Assembly (NCBI GenBank): GCA_051294375.1
Contig: CM119263.1
Span: forward strand, 21,498,494-21,562,493
DNA from: Paraspadella gotoi
Taxonomy: Eukaryota > Animalia > Chaetognatha
DNA length: 64,000 nt
Direction of reading: 5' to 3'
The position numbers were made by a program, and so were the translations under genes. Positions within the stretch are counted from its first letter, which is position 1. Every line of letters begins with the position of its first letter. Shown one piece after another: positions 52,665 to 64,000 of the stretch. The notes under the pieces are model-generated. The model saw only the letters and a program-made list of their open reading frames with translations. It ran no database searches and was not told where the DNA came from.

Positions 52665-52959
52665 TGTAGTCGGGCATTGCCTAGGTTCACCCCGCCTAGA
52701 ATCATGACACTCTCAGTTGTGACCCGGTGGCTCATTGAGTAAACTTAATAAAGCCATCAGCTCATGACCACTAGGTACCGGGTTCAATCCCAACCCGGTA
52801 CCTACCCTGCGGGAAGCGTGAGGACGGCCGTAAGCCGCCTTGGGGGCATGGCAAACCCTCAAGCCTGGTTCCAAGCCCAGGGTCCCGTTCCATGGCTGCT
52901 AGAGGGGGTTATAGAAGTTACGGACAGTCATCTTCAGCCCACTTAGCGCCTTATCCACA
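52665..52959 (+). mobile_element. Solo LTR-like element, family D (tRNA-like A/B boxes + twister), AAAG TSD
   Basis: aaag|TGTAG...CCACA|aaag. A-box-like TGGCTCATTGAG at 52728. B-box GGTTCAATCCC within the hairpin taggtaccgggtt/aacccggtaccta (52772-52804). Confidence 0.8.
52810..52887 (+). ncRNA. Type-P5 twister ribozyme, family D; predicted cleavage T52831/A52832
   Basis: cggga(P5)-a-gcgt(P2')-GA-GGA(T1')-cggccg(P1)-TAA-gcc(P2)-GC-cttggggg/ccctcaag(P3)-cctgg-T-TCC-AAGC-ccagg(P4)-g-tcccg(P5'). Confidence 0.82.
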
Positions 52960-53119
52960 AAAGGAAGACGAAGATTAGGAAATACAGAGATAGATAGAGA
53001 GAGAGAGAGAGAAAGAGGACGGTCAAAAAATTATTAAAAATATGAAAAAACAAACCGAACAGCATACTTACATTATTTGTCGACGGACACAGATCAGAAA
53101 CAGACAACAGCATCAAACA

Positions 53120-53300
53120 CTACATTTCCGCGTGCAGTGCGACCGCAACGTGCACCGCGTAAGCCCGCGTCGTAAACGTAGCGTCGGTCGCGGATGGTCA
53201 AAATTCGCGTCACGTGGCTTGGACGTCGTCGTAGTTGACGTCGTTGAAATTTTTGGTCACAAAAGTCACGTGACCTCAGAATGGCGGTCATTCTGGCCTT
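53120..53300. promoter_or_regulatory. CpG-rich putative promoter with GTCACGTG boxes and a YY1-like AATGGCGG
   Basis: gtcacgtggc at 53209, gtcacgtgac at 53265, aatggcgg at 53280. Confidence 0.4.
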
Positions 53301-53441
53301 CGAAACCATTTGGTCAAAACTCCATGGGGAAAAGGCTCGCATGCGTCACAACACGAAAGGGAAAGAGAAAAAGGGGGGAGAAAGAGGGAGGGAGAGAGAG
53401 AAGAAGAGAGAGAAGCGAGAGAGAAGAGAGAGAGAGAGATT

Positions 53442-53490
<49 letters not shown>

Positions 53491-54104
53491 GAGTGAGAGA
53501 AAGAATGGCTCAGGATGATTGACCGGAAAGGGATTATTGTGAAGAAGGTAGTGAGGGGGGTTTCACGCATTGAGCGAACGAGTGAAAGATAAAACGTCTG
53601 CCCCATCTCCCCTCCCACCCTTTTCACCCTACGCCCTCTCCACCCTCCACACACTTTTCTCTTCTCCCGCGGGTCGCGTTTGGGGGAAACGAATGTAGCG
53701 AGAAAACTGTTTGTGACTCCGTGAGTCAGAAAAGGTAAGAATGAGTTGGGAGAATGAGTTGGACTCAGAGTTGGGAAAATTAGGAGCTGATGGAGGTGGT
53801 TAAATGCTTATGCGTCTTATTTCAAAAGTAAAATAGCAGTTGTTATATTATTTTTACATCTATATTACCTAAATGTGGGTAAAATGTTTAATATATTACA
53901 AGGTGACGTGATAGTATTAAATTATATTATATAGTATATATTATACTGACGCACTCTTCCCGTCAGTACGTTAAATGTAATTTTTTTCATGATTGATTCG
54001 TCGCTAAAACGCTACTTCTTCTTTATTTCGATACCTCGCTAGATTTCTAAATCGATACCCTGATACTGCTTCTTCGATACATCGGTCCAACGATACTTTG
54101 CTAC

Positions 54105-54162
<58 letters not shown>

Positions 54163-56450
54163 TACTCTCTCTCTCTCTCTCTCTCACAAATCCGGTCTTA
54201 ATTCTCCGAATCTGTTTTCTTCCTCCGAGTCGGATCTCATTTCATACATCGAGGCTTCCATTAAGATTTTCTCCCGCCGCCCGTCCGCCCCCCGTTTTCC
54301 TCGTATCTTTTTCCTGTAAAAATAAAGCGAAAAAAAAAGCAAAACAGTCACACCCACCCCCAATTTGTTTTGCTCTGAACCCCGAATATTCATTTTTCCC
54401 TGAGTTCGCTAACTCTCTCTTTATCCTTCAACCAAAAATGCCTCCGCTTTAAACTTCAACTTTCACTTACCTTCTGTTCGGCATCGCTCTGTCTCTTTCT
54501 CTATCTTTCTATACTTCTCCCATTCTTTCCTATTCTAGGATGTAAGTATTTTGTCTGTTCCTCTCTCCTCCTTTACACTCTTTCTCTTCATCCTCCTCCC
54601 TCCCACCTCCTCTTCCCAACCTCGTTTCCCTTCCTCCCTCTCCCACATTTATTGTTTTCGTTGCGCAAGATATTAAAATCCAAGGCCCTCCCCCGCGCTT
54701 GCCCCCCCCCNNNNNNNNNNNNNNNNNNNNNNNNNNNNNNNNNNNNNNNNNNNNNNNNNNNNNNNNNNNNNNNNNNNNNNNNNNNNNNNNNNNNNNNNNN
54801 NNNNNNNNNNNNNNNNNNNNNNNNNNNNNNNNNNNNNNNNNNNNNNNNNNNNNNNNNNNNNNNNNNNNNNNNNNNNNNNNNNNNNNNNNNNNNNNNNNNN
54901 NNNNNNNNNNNNNNNNNNNNNNNNNNNNNNNNNNNNNNNNNNNNNNNNNNNNNNNNNNNNNNNNNNNNNNNNNNNNNNNNNNNNNNNNNNNNNNNNNNNN
55001 NNNNNNNNNNNNNNNNNNNNNNNNNNNNNNNNNNNNNNNNNNNNNNNNNNNNNNNNNNNNNNNNNNNNNNNNNNNNNNNNNNNNNNNNNNNNNNNNNNNN
55101 NNNNNNNNNNNNNNNNNNNNNNNNNNNNNNNNNNNNNNNNNNNNNNNNNNNNNNNNNNNNNNNNNNNNNNNNNNNNNNNNNNNNNNNNNNNNNNNNNNNN
55201 NNNNNACTTCTCCCTCCCTCTCTTCCTCTCTCTTCCCCCCTATGTCTTTCTCTTCCTCTCCCTCTTCTTCCCCTTCGACCCCCTCGAGTCGAAGTGACCG
55301 AGATCAGGGCGAACTGGAAAGAGAAGTCATTTATTTTGAGAAAGAAAGACAAAGGAAAAGGAAAAGAAAGAAATAACAAGCAAGAAAAGGAAAAAAAAGG
55401 AAAGAAAAAAGGAAGGAAGGAAGGAAAGAAAGAGAAAGAAAAAAAGAGAATAAATAAGAAAAGAATAAAAAAGGAAAAAAAAGAACTCAGAAGAATAGGA
55501 AAGAAGAAAGAAAAAAGAAATGAAAGAAAGAAAGAAAGAAAGAAAGAAAGAATAGAAAGAAAGAAAGAAAAGAAGAGAAGAAAGAAAGAGAAAGAAAACA
55601 AGAAAGAAAGAAAGAAAGAAAGGAAAGAAAGAAAAAAAAGAATAAAAGAAAGAAAAGAAAAGGATAGAAAAGTAAAAGCGTAAAAGAAAATGTAATGCCC
55701 GTGACGTCAGCGCCCGTTTTCTTCCGCGCCCAAAAACTAGGACTAATTACCCTTTTCTCTCTCTCTCTCTCTCTTTGTCGCGGGAGTGTGTTTTGTGGCG
55801 AAAGTAGGGCAATTCCCCGGGATCAGTCGACACCGGGTCTCCAAAGCAACAAGGGTCTTCGCCGGCTCCGGGTCATTGAAAAAGAAACAGGTCCACGGAA
55901 TTCGTTTTCTCTCCTTGCTGTGTTTTTTCGATTCTCGAAGGAATTCGTTGGCAAAAGAATTGATTCAAGAAATCGTTTATTCAAATTTTAAAATTTGTTG
56001 ATCTTTTTATGATTAAATACCGGCAAGCTCTTAATTTGGTCATGTAGCTGCTTCGTTGGTTTGTTAATTTTTGTTTTTTTCAAATAATTCTCATAACGAT
56101 GTTACAAGGTGGTCCCAAAGCTGGTTTGTTTTTTCTTTAAAAGAAAGCTATTGTCAGCTGTCCCTATTGAGGGTTTATTTACATTGTAATTTACAATATT
56201 AAAGGATCCTCGGACCAATTCTTCCCGCGGATCATCTCTGGCCCCCACGCCGTTCTCATCCCTTAATCCTTTTGAGATTTGCCGCCTTACCATTGGGGTC
56301 GGCATCGTTTTTACCGGAATAAAGAAAGAAAAACGGAGAAAAATTCTTAGGAAGTACGAGCCGCAATGTTGGTTTAACTTTAACTTGGTTTCTTCATTGC
56401 ATTTAATCTATTTATTCTTTCTTTTTTCTTTCTTTCTTTTTTTCTTTTTT

Positions 56451-56518
<68 letters not shown>

Positions 56519-57177
56519 TTTTCATATTTTATTTCTCTCTTTCCGTATTCATTCTTGAGTTCTTTTTTTCCTTTATTCTTTATTTTCATTTTTCTCCTTC
56601 TCATCCACTTCGCAGTGCAGTTTTAATTATTCTTTTCGCCCGAGATGACGTCATCGTTTTCGAATCAAAAGGTCGTCGTCTCTGATCTCTTTTCTCAGAA
56701 ATCCTCCGCATCAGGTGTTCATTGATTCCGAGAAGGAAAATAGAACAGTGACAAAAAGAATGAAAACTAGTGAAATAAAAGAATCTTTGTGGTGGGAAGT
56801 TGGAACTCGAAATTGGTCAATGATCTGAGAGGTAAAGTTGGAACAGCAGGCTGGAACCACATGCCAATGCATTGGACCCACGAGTTAGGATTCAGAATTA
56901 GTTAAAAGGTGGAGAGCGTTAATGAGAAACGAAGATGAAGGAAATTTGGGTTGGGGTTGGTGTTGGGGTTAAAGTGAAAAAATATTATACATTGTCCCAC
57001 TAAAACTGACCGATGATAAAATAATAAAGCCAGATGTTCTTTTGTCTTTTTATTATAACTTATCTGTTTGGAAAGATGTCGTGTTAGCAAGATTGATAGA
57101 GCTTCAAAAAAAAGCCACAGGCATTAAGATGAAAATGATATAACGACTCTAATACTTAGCGATCATACAATTGAAAA

Positions 57178-57365
57178 ATCTTAAAAGCATAAAGATCGAG
57201 CCGCTTTCGAATAGTACCAATATTGATGCGATGATAACCAAATATTGATGCGATAATAACCAAATATTGACGCGATGATAACCAATAATTGATGCGATGA
57301 TAACAAAATGACTGATGTGATGAATAATCAAATGATTGATGGCGATGATAGTCATTCATTGATAT
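57178..57365 (+). repeat. Dispersed repeat segment with ATTGATGCGATGATAACC minisatellite
   Basis: Matches 4860-5095. Confidence 0.85.
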
Positions 57366-58039
57366 TAGATAATCATTAGCGCGGAGTATAAATACAAAAC
57401 ATGAAAAAATCTGACTTCGAGCCCTCTTGATTTTTTGACTTAGATATAAACTTATTACCTAGGATATAAAAAACTAAAATTCGATCGCCCAGTTTTCCCG
57501 TCCTAGCCAGTTTATAATAGGCCCGAAAGTCAAAAAATGCAAAAAAATTTACAATTTATGAATTAAAGATGTCAGTTTTAATTAATATTTTGTCATATAT
57601 TATTGCTAAAATTAAAGTAATATTCACAGATTTTATTATTTAAAACATAAAATATTGATATTATAAATTTTTTAAATTCTATAAATTATGAATTACTCTA
57701 TCAAAAACCGAAAAATTGAGCAAAATGGAGAAATTGGCGCCCTAAATAAATAAATAAATTATGTTCAAAACATGAAGATAGAAAATGTTATTTTGTCTAA
57801 AATAAAACGATTGTCTTAAGTTGGTTGGGAGACGTGATAAAAACTTCTGAAAATGACAAAAAATACTTGTTTCACTTCTTCTCTCTGTATTGGGCTAACA
57901 AAAGCCTTCTCTTTACAACTACCATAATTTATTTTTTATCATGAGGAATTAAAGCAGTCGAATCGATAACAGATTCTGATAACAATGTTAGTAAAATTAT
58001 TTAGACATGCATGAAGTTCTGGCGTTGAAGTTGACCTGG

Positions 58040-58652
58040 GTCATCAAGATAACCTCAGTCACAAAGAAGCATTTCACCGAAGCATCAGTCACATCGTCGT
58101 CATCGTCGGCTGATTTCTTCTCCTTACTTTGTTAGGTTTCTCTCATTCAATAAATTTCTCTTTTTAATTGACGTCCAAAGTAAATAAGTAATGTTATCAA
58201 CTACATTTTAACATCGTTGTATCTCCTTCAAGTATATTGTCCATTTATTATTGTCTGAATATTTGTAATACGTTGTTATCACAACCTGGCTGACAACCTC
58301 GAATCTCGCATCTCCCAACCACTCCGACAAGTACGCACGTTTCCACAGCCGCCACCCCTCTGGAAAGGAAATAGTCCAAAAACGATATATGAACGTCTCG
58401 GAATAGATCGTGCAACCTCGCCCTTCAGACTCAACCAAACTACCCCCGACTCTTCTAACAACACCTCGAGCCTCGGTCATCATTAAGATAACCTCAGTCA
58501 CAATAAAAATTTCACTGAACTAGTGAAGCTTCAGTCACCGTCGTCGTCGTCGGCTGACTTCTTCTCCTTACTTTGTTAAGTTTCTCTCATTCGAATTTCA
58601 AGCCAACAACTAAAACCACGTTTTTCTCTCTTTTTAATCGACGTCCAAAGTA
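58040..58652. repeat. Direct repeat of about 150-180 bp (58040-58190 and 58474-58652) bracketing an LTR-like GC-richer insert (58271-58463)
   Basis: gtcatca..agataacctcagtcaca...cttctccttactttgtta.gtttctctcattc occurs twice. Insert ends are cgttgtta...taacaaca. Confidence 0.6.
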
Positions 58653-58877
58653 ATGGCATCACGCATAAAAAATAGTAATTTTTTTTCGAAATTGACTAAA
58701 CAAAATTATTTCGGAATCTTCTTTACCGTTTTTTTTAAATTTCGGATGTTTTTTTTAGAATTAAAAAAAATTAATTCCTAATTACTATGACATAAAAAGG
58801 TTTTATTAAATAATTTATAAAAATATCGAGATTGCTTAATTTCTTTAAACATTGTATTCAAAATTCAAATCATTGCT

Positions 58878-59281
58878 ATGGTAAGAAAAAAAGAATAAGA
58901 GGAGGATAAAGCAGATGAGTGAAAATTAGAGAGAGAGAGATCGTGAGATAGAGAGAGAGAAAAGAAAAGAGACTCTCAGCAAAGTTGGCACTTTTAGCAC
59001 TCATAGTTCTTCATAATTGCCGCCGTAAGACCAGAGTCATCAGAATATTTGTATCCGGTATCAATAGAATCTAAAATTTATGATAAGAAGACAGATTTAA
59101 TCGAAAAGGAAAGTAAAATCAGTTACGTTCTTAAGGATTTTGAAGAAGACTGTTCTCATTTTGTACGGGCCATACCGTGAGACATATCCATGAATTCCAG
59201 CTACCAGTTGAAAGGTCTTTTTATCCTTTTGAATTTGCCGTATGCGAACAAAAGATTTGGTTAGGGAAACTTAAAAAATGA
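58878..59281 (+). pseudogene. Possible small secreted-protein gene or pseudogene, frameshifted in this assembly
   Basis: ATG followed by GTAAG (58878-58885); acceptor ctctcag at 58979; then KLALLALIV / FIIAAVRPESSEYLYPVSIESKIYDKKTDLIEKESKISYVLKDFEEDCS / FCTGHTVRHIHEFQLPVERSFYPFEFAVCEQKIWLGKLKK. Needs about 3 frameshifts; no family recognised. Confidence 0.25.
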
Positions 59282-59974
59282 GAAGATAAATCGCAAATTT
59301 AAATGCAGTAAACATTTAAACTATTTTTTTTCGGTTTTACCCCGTTTTATGCGTGATGCGTTATCAACTACATTTTAACCTTGTATTTCCTTCAAGTATA
59401 TCGTCATTTTTGCCTTTGTTATTGACTTTTTAAGTAGTTATTATAAAATTAATTAAATTGAATCAACGACTCATTCTTTGTGACAAGGATTTCCAAAAAG
59501 TAACAGTAAATCAGATCTTGATTAAGATTTGGAAGATAGAATAACTGGATTAATGTGTAATCTTGGAGTTTTTTAACTTTCGGCATTATGAGCAACTTTA
59601 AATACGAATAAAATATGAAGAAATAAATGACTTATGTCTAATTGATAGGCGAAAAAAATTCGAGGTTTAAGAGTATTCTCCTCACGTCGGAGGAGTAAAC
59701 TTAAAGCCGCGAATCGAAATCCAGGATTCTCATAATTCGACCAATCAGAAGCCGCGCTCGAGTCGGAGATTTAAGCAGACGAAAAACACAGAGGACTCGG
59801 GATTTCAATGTTGGCTTATAACCCTTGTGACGTTTTGACATGAACGGAATCGGTTAGCGATTAAAATCGTCTGGAAATCCGTTAATTATATTAAAAAATA
59901 GTAATACCGAAATATTAAGAGGACTCGGATGGTTAATTAAAGTTATGTATTTATAATCCGCGCTAATAATCATT

Positions 59975-60076
59975 CATGATACGATGATAGTCATTCATTG
60001 ATGCGATGATAGTGATTCATTGACGCGCTGAATCATTCATCGTAAATAAAACAAAACAAATGCGTGTATGAGTGAA

Positions 60077-60138
<62 letters not shown>

Positions 60139-60307
60139 TGGACAGTTTTCCCGCCAACGAAACGCATTATTAGGTCTCTCTCGTTTATATAAAGAATAAT
60201 CAGAATTTTTTAGAAAAAAAATCCACGAAAAATCTCGATGTAAATTTTGGATTTTGTATTGAGAAAAAAGCGCGGAATAAATGGCGATAATAAAAGTTTT
60301 TAGAAGG

Positions 60308-60395
<88 letters not shown>

Positions 60396-60750
60396 GGAGG
60401 AGATGAGAAAGAGAGAGAGAGAGAGAGTTTTCCCACCAACGAGACCATTATTAGCGTCACTCTCGTTTATATCGGTTATCCGTTGCCTCGCAACGGCGTC
60501 GTGAAATTGGTCTATGTTGATTTTTTTTTATACACGTAACGCGTTATTAGGTCATGTTCCTCGACATTGTTTACTTGTTGCTCCGCAACGACCACGAAAT
60601 CTAGGTAAGTAAGTTATTGTATTTTGGGATTTTGTATTGAGATAAAATAATAAATGGCGATAATAAAAGTTTTTAGAAGGAAAAAATCCACGAAAATCTC
60701 GCGAATAAATGGCGATAATAAAAGTTTTTAGAAGGAAAAAAAAAGAGAGA
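59975..60750 (+). repeat. Patchwork of internal segments of the same HINE-like family
   Basis: aataaatggcgataataaaagtttttagaaggaaaaa recurs at about 60277, 60650 and 60705, and near 5200, 5760, 6190 and 61335. Confidence 0.7.
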
Positions 60751-61159
60751 GAAAGAGAGAGAGGAGAGAGAGAAAGAGAGATAGAGAGAAAAAGATGTTT
60801 TCTTTTTTTAGAAGAGAAACCAGACGAGGTCAAATTTAATATTTGCATATTTAATTAATTTATAAATAGTTATTCACAACTCAAAAATTTATTATTTAAA
60901 AAAAGTTAAAAATGATAAATATATACACCTAAAAATATTTAGTAAATTTATAATAGTACAAATTTATCAGAATAACAAAAAAAGTAATGTTTAATTTGAC
61001 TATATCTCTCTTATCAACTCCTATTTTAGATATAATTTGCCAATAGTGGGCCAACCGGTCCAGAGTTCCAATAATAAATAAAAACATATTTTTTTTTTTT
61101 ATAATGTTGATGCATGCAATTATATTATTCGGCGAAAGTGCTGCATATATAATAGCCGC

Positions 61160-62220
61160 TCCACATTAGCTGATTTATATGTGATAATGATATATCATTA
61201 TAAGTTATTCTTCATTTTTAAAAAAAATAATAAGAAGAGAGAGAGAGAGAGAGAGAAAGAAAAGAAAAACCGAATTTCTTTCCAATTATATCTCAGATAT
61301 AAATTGGGATTTTGTATTTGAAAAAAAAAGCGCGGAATAAATTGGCGATAATAAATGTTTGAGAAGGAAAAAAATAATCAGAATTTTTCAAAAAAACGAA
61401 CGATCGTACAGAGTGAGAGAGACAGAAAGAGAGAGAAAGAGAGACAGAAAGAGAAAAAAGAGAGACAAAGAGACAGAAAGAAAGAAAACTGGAAGCCAGC
61501 TGAACAGTCACTGCAGAACCTGAACTCGTTTTTTAAGGGTTCAGAAAAAGCAGCAACTGACAAATATAGGAAAGAAAATCTATATATAATTTAAAAAATA
61601 AAAGAAAGGCAAAATATGTAACATTGTTTACAATTGGAAATTTTTCCAATTTTTTTCCAATCGCCAGCTTTGTAAAAGATTTAATTTATATTTGTATTAA
61701 AATTAAGATATAGCTTCTCATTAAAAAAATCCTTTGAGTTCCCATTTTTATTAAAAATTTAAAACAAATTTTTTGAATTTCATCTTCAATATAATATACT
61801 GCAATATGTAAATTAGATTAAAAGCATTTCTATATACTAATTTGGATATTATAAGGAGTACTTTAATCTCATTTGCATATTGCAGTAAATCATAATGAAG
61901 TGGAAATTCAAACAAAAAATACTTAAATCCAAATGTAATATGAAAATATCACAGCTATTTCAAGATGAAAAGCCATATCTAAATTTTAACCTTACTTATG
62001 ATCGCCACACTTTTGTAAAACTTTATCATAATTCATAATAATTTTTATTTAAAAAAAAACGGTAAGTCACAGCCAAACCTATAAAAGCGTAGTAGTTTTT
62101 TATATATGAAAACAGCGTGACGGAGACGACGACGACGACGACGACTACGTCACAAAGAAGCAACCCTAAAACATTATAGCAAGCCTTGACCCGGCTTCGC
62201 CGGTCAAGGCTCGATAAAAA
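61160..62220 (+). mobile_element. Second copy of the HINE-like element (see 5690-7012)
   Basis: Collinear match; terminal hairpin agccttgacccggcttcgccggtcaaggct at 62182-62211, followed by cgataaaaa. Confidence 0.7.
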
Positions 62221-62302
62221 TTCTTTGAAACAATATACCATTTCATTATAGCTTATTTATTAAATGAATGGATAATTTTTATATTGGTTGTACCAATTTC
62301 AT
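62221..62302 (+). mobile_element. Family C copy lacking the ribozyme segment
   Basis: ttctttgaaacaatataccatttcatt|atagcttatttattaaatgaatggataatt..tattggttgtaccaatttcat joins the two flanks of 27311-27539. Confidence 0.7.
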
Positions 62303-63574
62303 AAAAAGAGTAAATAATTAAAATTTTTACTTCAGTCGAAAGAGGTTATATGATTATTTTTTTTAAGAAACTTTCCGTAATTAGAGGAAGATCGGCTTAA
62401 TTTTTTTTTTTTTTGCAAAAGCAAAACATTAAGCTTTGTCATCTCTTGTAGTAAATTTATAAATATAAAATATCAATTAATTATTATTTTATTACTTCTG
62501 AAACTTTACTTCTGAAAGTTTTTAAAAAACGAGCTAATTAGAAAACTAAAAACAAGTTTTTAGATTCCAATAACCTGGGATTTTTGTTTTCAAACTTAAT
62601 TCCTCCTGAAATTACTGTTCATAAAGTTAATAATTAAACAATTACGAAAAAAAAAGTTACAATAAGGCTTTATTTTCAAAATTTTTATAATTCAAATGCT
62701 TTGATTCGACTTCAAAACTATTTATTTCTCTCGAAGGTAACGATGATAAACTAACCACTAAAAAAGATTCCCCTATAATTATAGTTTAGAAAATTTATGG
62801 AATAATTTATATTATAAATATAATATATATATATAGATATATATATATATATTAAAGCGTAGCAAAAATATTGAAATCAAGTAGAATCTAAATTCGCATA
62901 CGCCCATATTTATACATGAACTAACCACTTCCGGTTTAAAACAGATCGAGAATTTTAACATTTGCATTTTAAAATCAAAAATATAAATATAACTTTATTA
63001 CCTAATTATTTTGTTTTTGTTTATAAATGAGGTCAAAAGGGTATAATTTTAAAAGGCTTAATTATAAAAAAATGCGCCTTTTTAAAAAAGAATCAGTTTT
63101 GACCCAAGTACTTAATCAATTTCAATGAAATTTTGTATGAATATATTATGTAGCTCTACAAATCAAACTGAAGCATTTTACAATAATTGAGAGGCATGGT
63201 GAGCAAAAGAAAAAGCAAAAGCACAATAAACATATAAAAAAATTACTAATTCGAGTTAAGACTTTTTTCCCACTGACTCACATTATTGTTTCATCAAAAT
63301 TAAAGTATTTTTATATTAATCAGAGAATAAGTCGTGATGAAAGTAATTAATATTTTTGATAATATATAATTTAGAATTTATAAAAAGAGGAGAAATAATC
63401 TGAAACTATATACAATTATCCAGAAAAAAACCTTAAAACTAAATATTTATCAGCTTAAAAACGTTTTATTTCTAAAAACAACAGCCAGCTTCAACCGGAA
63501 GTAGTTTACCACATAAAGTGGCGATGAAAATCCATAAATCAAAATCTGAGAATTTTTTTTAGGTGATATTCGGT

Positions 63575-64000
63575 TTTTTTAGTCGGATCTGCTTATCAGC
63601 AGATCCCGACTCTATAATTCACTTTGTCGGTCCGTCGGTCCGCCCCCTCAATATTGTCGGGCACTAATTTATATCATGTCAGAACATCGAATTATGATAA
63701 ATTATGCAAAAAAAATTATGTCCGTCTGTCTATCCGTCCGTCCGTCCATCCGTCAGTCCGTCCGTTCCACCTTAGCAAAAAACACCAATTACTCGTGATT
63801 GGATGGATGGATTTGAATGAAATTTTGTGTGTGGGAAGGGGAGTGTGTGATTGAGCTGGATATAAAGTTTTGATGGAATCGTCCGAGTGGACGCCGCGAG
63901 ACTCGAGATAATGTAATATTATTATCTCATTTTCATGAGATATATATTTTACAGCGTTTTATGTATGCTTTTAAAAATGGTAGCAGAATAACGCAAATTT
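63575..64000 (-). mobile_element. HINE/Helentron-type non-autonomous element end (different family; runs off the window)
   Basis: T-run, hairpin agtcggatctgct-tatc-agcagatcccgact (63581-63611), ctat, (GTCC)n tracts, and a ggatttgaatgaaatttt motif. Confidence 0.7.

Noticed and set aside
52845-52935. Resemblance of family D to an RTE/Bov-A SINE tail (atggcaaaccctc...)
   Set aside because: Weak similarity; better explained as twister P3, and the element has TG..CA ends with a 4-bp TSD.
56105-56130. ggtcccaaagctgg resembling twister loop 4
   Set aside because: Wrong spacing, no P4 stem, and no matching GA-NNN or UAA elements.

Overview
AT-rich, microsatellite-dense eukaryotic (probably invertebrate animal) non-coding DNA from an error-prone, gap-filled long-read assembly. 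No protein-coding gene can be called with confidence; the ORF track is almost entirely translated simple repeats. The main result is a set of small mobile elements that each carry a type-P5 twister self-cleaving ribozyme. Four different sequence families fit the twister consensus with compensatory changes in both pseudoknots. Three (A, B, D) are ~230-295 bp LTR-like units with TG.. termini and 4-bp target-site duplications. One is a complete ~750 bp two-LTR miniature retroelement (TRIM/retrozyme-like, 39505-40254; duplicate 49916-50659) with a twister in each LTR. In all four families helix P1 is reduced to a 6-8 nt self-complementary palindrome, suggesting cleavage as a dimer. Families B and D have a tRNA-like Pol III B-box just upstream of the ribozyme. 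Also present are Helentron-type non-autonomous elements, putative promoter islands, and two tandem duplications (about 10.4 kb and about 2 kb) that look like assembly artefacts, with 25-N gaps and PacBio adapter-like remnants. All structures were folded by eye and none has been tested computationally or biochemically.
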